The notes under the pieces were generated by a model, which saw only the letters and a list, made by a program, of their open reading frames with translations, was not told the DNA's origin and did not search any database. From assembly GCF_000023965.1 (NCBI RefSeq), contig NC_013202.1, positions 390,001 through 422,000 on the forward strand: DNA of 32,000 nt. The letters are read 5' to 3'. This DNA is from Halomicrobium mukohataei DSM 12286 (GTDB lineage Archaea; Halobacteriota; Halobacteria; Halobacteriales; Haloarculaceae). The position numbers and the translations under genes were made by a program. Positions 10,636-20,114 of the stretch are shown here, one piece after another. Positions within the stretch are counted from its first letter, which is position 1. Every line of letters starts with the position of its first letter.

Positions 10636-10839
10636 TCAGCTGTTGAGTACCGTCGGAACGAACGAGTACGCGATGACGAGGACGGTGATAATTAGCAGGA
10701 AGATATCGAGGCCACTCTCACCTAGTATTCCCATTGTCAGGATCGCGAGACCAATCCCAGCCATGGCAGTCCGGATTGCCCGAAGGTGAGCCTGCAGTGA
10801 CGCGTCAGATTCCGTCATTGCCGTTTCACTCACTCCCAA
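10636..10839 (-). CDS. small two-TM membrane protein, hypothetical
   Basis: 67 aa: ...AMAGIGLAILTMGILGESGLDIFLLIITVLVIAYSFV. It lies 19 nt downstream of the Tat-secreted protein gene on the same strand. Its GC is lower than the surrounding sequence. Confidence 0.5.
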   Translation of the reverse strand: MGVSETAMTESDASLQAHLRAIRTAMAGIGLAILTMGILGESGLDIFLLIITVLVIAYSFVPTVLNS

Positions 10840-10858
10840 CAGTTATGAACAGTTCGAC

Positions 10859-11695
10859 TCAGTACCCCGGTAGATCCTTTCTGGGGTCGACCGAGTCTGC
10901 GATACTCCAAGCCTTCCTGGCCTCGGTGTTCAGTCCGACGGAAATTCCTCCCTTTCCACCACTGATGTCGCTAATCGCCCCCGAAGGACTGATAGACAGG
11001 GTGTGATTATAGGAGCCCCAGAGAGTCGACGGTACTTTGCCATCTCGCAGGCGGAACACGCCGCTAAGGGTCGCTGCAGCTTGCGGGAGTGAGGTTTCTT
11101 CTCCCCGACCGTAGTGGTCCTTAATGTTCACAGTACCGGCGAGAGCATCATCTCCGACATCATCTGATGTAAACCGTGCGCTGTGATCCTTGCTTGCCCT
11201 GACGACGGGGTTTCCTACAGCCGCCCAATCGGAATTGTTGTATCCAACACCGATTGCGTCATCACACCAGAAGGCATGCCCCGCTGTTAGCTTTTGGTCA
11301 CGGAGAGCCATGCCGACAGAAACCTTTACTTTGTCGTCACTCCCGTCGACATTGTGCTGACTGACGAACAGTTTGGAATCCGTGTTTTCTGGATCTCCGT
11401 ATTTGTATTCAGGACTGACGCGGCCTGCATCGTCGTCCTCCTCCGTCAGCGTCTCTGGATCGGTCTGTACGTTGAAGTCGTTGTGCGACTTGACAGTTGG
11501 ATCCTCGATACCGAGGTCTTCCAGGTTTGCCCGGGCACCAGCAGCACCGTCCTGAATTATGCCCCGGTGAAACGCTTTATTGACCTTCTGTTTGGAGAGT
11601 CCGTGTGTACGCCGGGCGGCGCTAACGGTTCCGACGGTACTCAGAGCTGCGATCGATCCTGCTGCCATTCGAATGAAATTCCGTCTATCTCGCAT
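10859..11695 (-). CDS. Tat-signal secreted protein of unknown function
   Basis: It has a twin-arginine signal MRDRRNFIRMAAGSIAALSTVGTVSA. The 278-aa product matches no domain I recognise. GC3 and overall GC are visibly lower than in neighbouring genes. A very AT-rich promoter region lies at 11696-11790. Confidence 0.7.
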   Translation of the reverse strand: MRDRRNFIRMAAGSIAALSTVGTVSAARRTHGLSKQKVNKAFHRGIIQDGAAGARANLEDLGIEDPTVKSHNDFNVQTDPETLTEEDDDAGRVSPEYKYGDPENTDSKLFVSQHNVDGSDDKVKVSVGMALRDQKLTAGHAFWCDDAIGVGYNNSDWAAVGNPVVRASKDHSARFTSDDVGDDALAGTVNIKDHYGRGEETSLPQAAATLSGVFRLRDGKVPSTLWGSYNHTLSISPSGAISDISGGKGGISVGLNTEARKAWSIADSVDPRKDLPGY

Positions 11696-11806
11696 TGCGT
11701 CTCCGCAGACGTGTCTATTAATTATATTTTTTTGGTAACACTTTCTAACATTTTCTACCCTCTAATATTAGAAAAGATACTAGTAGTGGCGGGCCCCTGC
11801 GGGCTG

Positions 11807-11886
11807 ATACTGCCGGCTGTAAGTCTGTAAAGAATATTGCGACCCCGTGGTCGCGAATATCTTGAAACAGTTACAGCCGGCAGTAT
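11807..11886 (+). repeat. 80-nt nested-palindrome interspersed repeat, copy A
   Basis: The termini are atactgccggctgtaa ... ttacagccggcagtat (perfect 16-bp terminal inverted repeat). The inner palindrome is gaatattgcgacc-ccgt-ggtcgcgaatatc. By hand alignment it is about 62/80 identical to copy C in the same orientation. Confidence 0.85.
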
Positions 11887-12180
11887 GAATAGCCGCTGCG
11901 TCGGTCTGTGGAAGGCCATCAGCGAATGGGCCCGAAGCTCTGCTCAGGGAAGCACAAGTGCCGGCAACGACGCGGGCGACAGCGCCGCCACACCAGCGAC
12001 GCCCCTGAACAGATTAACGTCTCCCTTGCCGTTATGCCTGCTTGCTACTGTCGGGAATCGACCGACGTGCCACTTCAGTGTCGTACGAACTCCTCTCACC
12101 TCGTGTGGTTGTCCCGAAGACGGGCACCAGCGGCCAGCCAAAACAACAGCTAAATAAGCCAGTGCTCCAAAGCTTCGCGC

Positions 12181-12762
12181 ATGGTAGAACCAGTGAGTGT
12201 CGCCGCTGGGGCCGTGCTCACCATCGTCGTCGTCGCGGTCCACTACAGCTCGGGCACGGGCTGGGAACCGAGCGAGGATATCTCCCAGAACGTGATCGAG
12301 AAACGAGCGGCGACGGTGCCGGAGACGGACTTCCCAGAGCCGTACAACCGCTCGATCGGCGGTGGCGGCAGCGCGGCGGCGATCCCGGCGGGCGAAGAGG
12401 GCGCAGAGCTCGAAGAGGGCGCAGAGGAGGCAGACGACGGATTCGACCCCGACGAGATCGCCGACGACGAGGTCGAGTACTACGAGATCGAGTTCGCCAA
12501 GGAAGGCGAGACGATCGAGGTCGCGAACAACGAGACCATCCTGGACGCTGGCGAAGACGAAGGATGGGACATGCCCTACGCCTGTCGACAGGGCCAGTGT
12601 GTCTCCTGTGCCGGCCAGATCACCGACGGTGCCGCCAGCGACTACATCCGCCACAGCCAAAACGAGTCGCTGTTCGACGACGACATGGAAGAGGGCTACT
12701 GCCTGACCTGCGTCGCCTACCCGACCGACGAGTTCACCATCGAGACCGGCGAACAGCCCTAA
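12181..12762 (+). CDS. plant-type 2Fe-2S ferredoxin with N-terminal transmembrane anchor and acidic linker
   Basis: The C-terminal domain is YEIEF...ILDAGEDEGWDMPYACRQGQCVSCAG...GYCLTCVAYP, with the Cx4Cx2C...C ligand pattern. The N-terminus has a TM helix, VSVAAGAVLTIVVVAV. A TATA-like taaataa at 12151-12157 lies 30 nt upstream of the ATG. Confidence 0.85.
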   Translation: MVEPVSVAAGAVLTIVVVAVHYSSGTGWEPSEDISQNVIEKRAATVPETDFPEPYNRSIGGGGSAAAIPAGEEGAELEEGAEEADDGFDPDEIADDEVEYYEIEFAKEGETIEVANNETILDAGEDEGWDMPYACRQGQCVSCAGQITDGAASDYIRHSQNESLFDDDMEEGYCLTCVAYPTDEFTIETGEQP

Positions 12763-12884
12763 CGGGACGCGACACTTCTCCGCGACCGTGCGATTCGAGA
12801 GTAACGACTGTCCGAAGCGCGGCCGTAGTGATCAGACCGACAGCTACCCCGAGATACAAGCCTGCGGCGTCCACAGTGACCGGT

Positions 12885-14207
12885 ATGACCGAGTGGATCG
12901 GCGAGACGTTCACGAGCGACGCGGGCTGGAGACACCTCACCGAACTGGTCGATACGGGCACCCGGATGGCCGGCAGTGAAGGGGAACGGGCGGCCGCCGA
13001 GGCGACGCGGGATGCCCTCGCAGAGTACGCCCGCGACGCCGGGCTGTCCGCGTTCGACATCCAGGGCTGGGAGCGCGAGGCGAGTGCGATCACGGCCGAC
13101 GGCGAGACCGTCGCCAGCGACGACCGGGCGGTGATCGCGCTCCCGCGCTCGCCGGCCGGTTCGGTGACCGGCCGGCTGGTCGACGCCGGTCACGGCCTGC
13201 CCGAGGAGTTCGCCGAGGCGGACTGCGAGGACGCAGTGGTGATCGCGCGCTCGGACGTGCCCGACTGGTACGACCGCTACATCCACCGCCGAGAGAAGTA
13301 CTATCACGCGGTCGAGGCGGGAGCGGCAGCGTTCGTCTACGTCAACCACGTCGAGGGGATGCTCCCGCCGACCGGCAGCGTCGGCACCCCCGAGGAACCG
13401 ATCGGCGACGTGCCGGCCGTCGGCGTCGCTCGCGAGACCGGCGCGCGCCTCGCACGCCGATACGAGGGCGAGACGGCGACCGTCAGCGTCGACTGTACGA
13501 CGCCGGACGCGACGAGCCAGAACGTCCACGCCGAACTCGGCCCCGACACCGACGAGGCGGTGCTCGTGACCAGCCACGTCGACGCCCACGACATCGCGGA
13601 GGGGGCGATGGACAACGGCGCGGGGACGGCGACGGTCGTCGAGGTCGCGAAGGCCCTCGCCGCTCGCGAGGGCGAGCTGGACACGCGCGTGGAGTTCGTC
13701 GCCTTCGGTGCCGAGGAGGTCGGGCTCGTGGGATCGAGCCGGCTGGCCGACGAGACCGACCTGGAAGACGTGAAGGCGGTCCTGAACCTCGATGGCGTCG
13801 TCCGCGGCCGCACGCTCCAGTGTTACACCCACGGCTTCGACGGTCTGATCGAAGCCACCGAGGCCGTCGCCGACCGGCTCGACCACCCGATAACGACCTC
13901 GCCGACGATGAACCCCCACAGCGACCACTGGCCCTTCGTCCAGTGGGGCGTCCCCGGCATCCACGTCATGAGCGAGACCGACGGCGAGGGCCGGGGGTGG
14001 GGCCACACCCACGCCGACACGCTGGACAAGCTCGAACCCAGGACACTTCGCGAGCAGGCCGTGCTCCTGACGGAACTGGCGGTCGAACTGGCCGACGAGG
14101 AGCGGGCGCTACCACGGAGAGACACCGCCGAGATCGCGACGGCACTCGAAGAGCAGGATCTCGCGGAGGGTATGCAGGTTGTCGGCGACTGGCCCTACGA
14201 CGACTGA
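12885..14207 (+). CDS. M28 family metallo-aminopeptidase
   Basis: The sequence starts MTEWIGETF...RMAGSEGE. The metal-ligand blocks are HVDAHDIAEGAMDNGAGTA, FGAEEVGLVGS and SDHWPF. I trimmed the 12042 track ORF, whose first 281 codons are Arg/Pro/Gly shadow sequence. Confidence 0.85.
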   Translation: MTEWIGETFTSDAGWRHLTELVDTGTRMAGSEGERAAAEATRDALAEYARDAGLSAFDIQGWEREASAITADGETVASDDRAVIALPRSPAGSVTGRLVDAGHGLPEEFAEADCEDAVVIARSDVPDWYDRYIHRREKYYHAVEAGAAAFVYVNHVEGMLPPTGSVGTPEEPIGDVPAVGVARETGARLARRYEGETATVSVDCTTPDATSQNVHAELGPDTDEAVLVTSHVDAHDIAEGAMDNGAGTATVVEVAKALAAREGELDTRVEFVAFGAEEVGLVGSSRLADETDLEDVKAVLNLDGVVRGRTLQCYTHGFDGLIEATEAVADRLDHPITTSPTMNPHSDHWPFVQWGVPGIHVMSETDGEGRGWGHTHADTLDKLEPRTLREQAVLLTELAVELADEERALPRRDTAEIATALEEQDLAEGMQVVGDWPYDD

Positions 14208-14406
14208 CAGCGTCGCTACGCACCGATCGACCGCGTCGGGACGGCGAGCAGGAAGAGCACGCCACGGACTATCGGCGTCTCAACTACGGCCACCGAACGG
14301 CGAGTACAGCGCTGCGATCGATGCCCTCGTCGTTACGGATCACATCGACAGCGGAATTATATCCTCACTGGGAACCTATATATCGTTCGAGCGAGTTCGT
14401 AATATA

Positions 14407-14781
14407 ATGAACGAGCGCACCGGCAAGGCGGTGGCGTTCCTCGGGCTTAGCGGATCAATATCATTTTTGCGGATCGTTCCCACGGTCGAATCCGCCGCGC
14501 ATCTCTCAGCTATCGCGTGGGTGCCGGAGGTGACTCTCGGTCTGCTGTGGGCAGCGACAGGTGTCGTCGGTGCCCTGGGTGAACTGACCAGTTCGGACGC
14601 TGAGTATCGTGACAGCGGTCAGTTGCCGAGTTACGTCTGGGGGTGGGCCAGCCTACTCGTCGCAATGTTCGTCGTCGGCCTCGGGTTCGGCTATCTCACA
14701 GAGGATTACCTGCGATTCGGAGCTGAGTTAGTTGCTCCGATCGGTGCTCTGATCACGTACCTCGTGATCCGGCATCGTTGA
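14407..14781 (+). CDS. small integral membrane protein, hypothetical
   Basis: The sequence is MNERTGKAVAFLGLSGSISFL..., with 3-4 hydrophobic segments. A TATA-like ctatatat at 14376-14383 lies about 30 nt upstream. I trimmed it from the 14179 track ORF. Confidence 0.55.
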   Translation: MNERTGKAVAFLGLSGSISFLRIVPTVESAAHLSAIAWVPEVTLGLLWAATGVVGALGELTSSDAEYRDSGQLPSYVWGWASLLVAMFVVGLGFGYLTEDYLRFGAELVAPIGALITYLVIRHR

Positions 14782-14867
14782 CGCCTGGAGGGGAGCGACC
14801 CTCTGGCTGCCCTCTTCATTTCGGCCAGTTCGACGTGTGCGCACAGAATGTTACTCTGCAGTCTCTT

Positions 14868-16850
<1,983 letters not shown>

Positions 16851-17035
16851 GCTCGCTTATCAATGGTGCTGGCCTCAAAAGGTCGTCGTATGGGAGAAAG
16901 GCAGCGGGCACAGCAAGCACGTGAGGGGCCACTACGGCAGTCACGCGGAGAAACCAGTGTCACGGTCGTGTGCCCGTTATCATTCGAGATAGAGTGAGGG
17001 AACGTGTTAACTTGCTCTTGGGACAACGAAGGGTA

Positions 17036-18457
17036 ATGAATTTGGCACCCGTCGCAACGATTCTCGTTGTCGACGATAGCGATTTCTTCCTCGAAATAAC
17101 GTCGGAGACGCTCGAAGAGAAACACGGCCTCAACACGCGGACGGCGAGTACCGGATCGGAAGCGTTAGCAGTGATGCGCGACCAGCAGATCGACTGCGTC
17201 GTGAGCGATTACGAGATGCCATCGATGGACGGGCTGGAACTCCACAAGGCGATTGACGCGGAGTTCGACGTCCCGTTCATCCTGCTCACCGGTCAGGGTG
17301 ACGAGACGGTCGCGAGCGAAGCGATCGGTGCCGGGATCGACGATTACCTGTTAAAAACCCGCATCATCGACGGGGAACAGCTCCAGTTACTCGCCAATCG
17401 AATCGACAACGTCGTCTCCCAGTATGAGGCCCGCCGCAAGTACGAACAACTGGTCGACAACACGCCGGACGAGATCGTGGAAGTCACGTCCGATGGAATG
17501 ATCCTGTCCGCGAACACGTCGATGGCCAGTTCACACGGAATGACTCGGGAGCAGGTGATCGGCGAGCGGCTGTCGTCGGTCATCGATCCCGACGTGGCGG
17601 CCAGGCGTCTGGAGTACGGCCACCGCGCGACCACTGCCGGAAGCGCCGTAACCTTTCAGGACAATATCGGCGTCCGCCAGTTTCACAATATCGTTACACC
17701 ACGCAGGGAGACAGCCGATCACGAAACGGTCCAGTTCATCTCCAGAGATATCACCCAGCAGAAGCGACACGAACAGCAACTGGAGACGAAAACCGAAGAG
17801 CTGGCACTCATCAATCGCCTCGTTCGTCACGACATCAACAACGATGTCCAGCTTCTCATGGGATGGGCAGGGGCCGTCGCTCCCCACGTCGACGAGGACG
17901 GTGTCGAGTATCTCGAACGCATTCAGGACACCTGTGACCACATCGCGGAGCTTACGGCAAACGTCGGTGCGTTCACCGATGCGCTGGAGGAGAGCGGCGC
18001 GGTCGATTTCACTCCGATCGAACTCTCCGACGTGATCGCAAGCGAAGTCACCAAGTCCCAGCGCAGGTTCGAAGACGCGACCATCCGTGTAGAGGGGGCG
18101 CTTCCAACCGTCACCATCGAGGCGAACGGAGCGGTTCAGGCGGTGTTCGGGAACTTACTCTCGAATGCAGTCCATCACAACGAGACGGACGATCCACATA
18201 TCACCGTGACCATGACAGTAACGGACACCGTTGCCCGCGTGACTGTTGCGGACAACGGTCCTGGTATCTCGGACGAGTTCAAACCAAGCGTCTTCGACAA
18301 AGACGAGATGGGGAAGAAGAGTGACGGAACCGGCATCGGACTGTATCTCGTCGAAACGCTCGTCGAGCAGTACGGGGGCGATATCTGGATCGATGACAAC
18401 GATCCTCGGGGAGCGGCGTTCACAGTCGAATTGCCGAGATCTGACCTCGCCACCTAG
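17036..18457 (+). CDS. hybrid signal-transduction protein: receiver (REC) - PAS - histidine kinase
   Basis: The REC domain shows ILVVDDSDFF...DCVVSDYEMPSMDG. A PAS-like segment follows (EIVEVTSDGMILSAN). The kinase has H-box LVRHDINNDVQLL, N-box NLLSNAVHHN, G1 DNGPGI and G2 GTGIGLYLV. I trimmed it to MNLAPVATILVV. GC is visibly lower than the window average. Confidence 0.9.
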   Translation: MNLAPVATILVVDDSDFFLEITSETLEEKHGLNTRTASTGSEALAVMRDQQIDCVVSDYEMPSMDGLELHKAIDAEFDVPFILLTGQGDETVASEAIGAGIDDYLLKTRIIDGEQLQLLANRIDNVVSQYEARRKYEQLVDNTPDEIVEVTSDGMILSANTSMASSHGMTREQVIGERLSSVIDPDVAARRLEYGHRATTAGSAVTFQDNIGVRQFHNIVTPRRETADHETVQFISRDITQQKRHEQQLETKTEELALINRLVRHDINNDVQLLMGWAGAVAPHVDEDGVEYLERIQDTCDHIAELTANVGAFTDALEESGAVDFTPIELSDVIASEVTKSQRRFEDATIRVEGALPTVTIEANGAVQAVFGNLLSNAVHHNETDDPHITVTMTVTDTVARVTVADNGPGISDEFKPSVFDKDEMGKKSDGTGIGLYLVETLVEQYGGDIWIDDNDPRGAAFTVELPRSDLAT

Positions 18458-18493
18458 GTTCGAGAACGGCAACAGCGACCGTCGACCCACAGA

Positions 18494-19477
18494 TCACGAG
18501 GCGGCGGTGACGTTCGGGAGCCGCAGTCGGTCGCCGACGGAGACGCCGGTCTCGTTGGTCCAGCCGCGATTGACCTCCAGGACGTACTTGCCCTCACCCG
18601 GATACCGGCGCTCGTACTCGCCCTCGGGGACCGGCGCGTGGTGGATCCGGGTGACCGTCCCGTTGGCGGCGACGTAGACGATGTCCAGCGGGAACGACAT
18701 CTCTCGCATCACGAACGCGTGCTCGCCGATTTCGGGAAAGACGAACAGCATCCCCTCGTCGACGGCCAGCGACTCGGTGTCGCTCAGCCCGGTGATGCGT
18801 TCGCTGCTGTTGTCTGCGATCGCCACCGAGACGGTCCCCAGCGGCGCACAGTCGTCGTCCAGTGCGGTCACGGTCGCGTTGTCCGGCGACGGCGTCCCCG
18901 TCGGCCCTGCGGGACACTCCGGCGTGGATGCCGTCGCCTGCTGATCGCCGGCTGCCTCGTCGCTCACCGCGTCGTCGCTCGTCTCGCCGGAAATCAACAG
19001 TCGGTCGCCGACGGAGACGCCGGTCGCGTTGGTCCAGCCGCGATTGACCTCCAGGACGTACTTGCCCTCACCGGAGTACTCCCGCAGGTCGCTCTCGCTG
19101 GCTCCGTCGGCCGGTGTTGGCGCGTGGTGGATCCGCGTGATCGTCCCGTTCTCGGCGACGAAGACGATGTCCAGCGGGAACGACATCCGGCGCATCACGT
19201 AGCCGTGCTGGTCCTGTCGGTCGTGGACGAACAGCATCCCCTCGTCGACGGCCAGCGAGTCGGTCCGGCTGAGCCCGACGAGTCGCTGCTGCCACGTGTC
19301 GGCGATGCGGGCGTCGACCGCGCCGAGTTCCGTCCCGCCCTCGTCGACGACCGTCACCGTCGTCCGCTCGTAGCTCCCCGGATCGACGAACTGGAGCCAG
19401 ACGCCCGACCAGACGACGAGCGCTCCGACGACGAGGAGCCCGATAGTCCCCCCGACGACCGCTGTCGACCGCTCCAT
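18494..19477 (-). CDS. membrane-anchored protein with two tandem DUF192 domains
   Basis: It has an N-terminal TM followed by two copies of the DUF192-like block: GLS.T.SLAVDEGMLFV...MR.MSFPLDIV(F/Y)VA.NGT(I/V)TRIHHAP...GEGKYVLEVNRGWTN.TGVSVGDRL. Confidence 0.85.
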   Translation of the reverse strand: MERSTAVVGGTIGLLVVGALVVWSGVWLQFVDPGSYERTTVTVVDEGGTELGAVDARIADTWQQRLVGLSRTDSLAVDEGMLFVHDRQDQHGYVMRRMSFPLDIVFVAENGTITRIHHAPTPADGASESDLREYSGEGKYVLEVNRGWTNATGVSVGDRLLISGETSDDAVSDEAAGDQQATASTPECPAGPTGTPSPDNATVTALDDDCAPLGTVSVAIADNSSERITGLSDTESLAVDEGMLFVFPEIGEHAFVMREMSFPLDIVYVAANGTVTRIHHAPVPEGEYERRYPGEGKYVLEVNRGWTNETGVSVGDRLRLPNVTAAS

Positions 19478-19530
19478 GTTCGACCCCTGGGGTGTGATCC
19501 GGGTAACGCTGTCGCCTCCAGAGAGAAAGG

Positions 19531-19537
19531 GTTATTT
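19531..19537 (+). promoter_or_regulatory. TATA-like box (gttattt) for the tRNA-Val gene
   Basis: It lies 27-33 nt upstream of the first tRNA nucleotide (19564), which is the typical archaeal spacing. Confidence 0.5.
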
Positions 19538-19563
19538 CCCCGCATCGTTTCTCTGCCGGTGTC

Positions 19564-19636
19564 GGGCCCGTGGTCTAGTGGTTATGACGCTTCCCTTACA
19601 AGGAAGAGGCCGGTGGTTCAAATCCGCCCGGGCCCA
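19564..19636 (+). tRNA. tRNA-Val: tRNA-Val (anticodon UAC)
   Basis: A hand-folded cloverleaf fits. The acceptor stem is GGGCCCG/CGGGCCC. The anticodon stem is CUUCC/GGAAG with loop CUUACAA. The T arm is GGUGG-UUCAAAU-CCGCC. The discriminator is A. No CCA or intron is encoded. Confidence 0.92.
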
Positions 19637-19726
19637 TTCTGCTGCGAACGACGGTGAGCAGCGAATGGCAGACGCGAATTTGCACCAGAGAGAGAAGCGA
19701 CCGTCAGCGAGCGGACCGACCGTGGT

Positions 19727-19894
19727 TCACATCGCACCGGCGACGCCGCTGCCGATCGCGGCCCCACACTCGCCACAGGCGACGAGGTAGAACCGCTTGG
19801 AGGCGGTGAAAAAGCCCGTCGTCGAGTCCATGTCGACGAACTCCACGTCGTCTTGCTGGTCGAGCGTCGCCTCGCACTCGGGACAGTGGGCCAT
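19727..19894 (-). CDS. zinc-ribbon microprotein (CPxC...CGxC), 55 aa
   Basis: The sequence is MAHCPECEATLDQQDDVEFVDMDSTTGFFTASKRFYLVACGECGAAIGSGVAGAM. I trimmed it from the 111-aa track ORF. Its start overlaps the upstream paralog's stop (ATGA-type overlap at 19894). Confidence 0.7.
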   Translation of the reverse strand: MAHCPECEATLDQQDDVEFVDMDSTTGFFTASKRFYLVACGECGAAIGSGVAGAM

Positions 19895-20079
19895 CAGACC
19901 GCACCTCCGTTCGACTTCGCACCGGCGACGCCGCTGCCGATCGTCAGCCCGCAGGCGGCGCAGTTGGCCGTGTAGAACCGCTTGGAGGCTTTGATGAATC
20001 CGGTCGTCGCGTCGGTCTCGGCGAACTCGATGTCGTCGGCCGTTTCGAGTGGCGTCTGGCATTCAGGGCAGTGTACCAT
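19894..20079 (-). CDS. zinc-ribbon microprotein (CPxC...CxxC), 61 aa, tandem paralog
   Basis: The sequence is MVHCPECQTPLETADDIEFAETDATTGFIKASKRFYTANCAACGLTIGSGVAGAKSNGGAV. A TATA-like gtaaatac at 20105-20112 (plus coordinates) lies about 27-33 nt upstream of the ATG at 20079. Confidence 0.7.
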   Translation of the reverse strand: MVHCPECQTPLETADDIEFAETDATTGFIKASKRFYTANCAACGLTIGSGVAGAKSNGGAV

Positions 20080-20114
20080 GCGACCGGGCCTGCGCCGGCC
20101 TGCGGTAAATACTT

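Noticed and set aside
11924-11934. An 11-nt match (gaatgggcccg, reverse complement cgggcccattc) to the 3' end of tRNA-Val plus downstream bases (19629-19639), next to the lower-GC islet. It could be an attachment-site remnant.
   Set aside because: An 11-mer in GC-rich DNA searched on both strands of 32 kb can arise by chance. The match is 7.7 kb from the tRNA, is inverted, and no integrase gene is present.
11294-12157. ORFs reading through the 80-nt repeats and giving the recurring peptide ILPAV.LSRI...GEYL..VTAGS: 11294..11830, 11837..12157, 27552..28127 and 31446..31712.
   Set aside because: The shared peptide is simply the translation of the palindromic repeat in both orientations. The rest of each ORF is non-protein-like or antisense to real genes.
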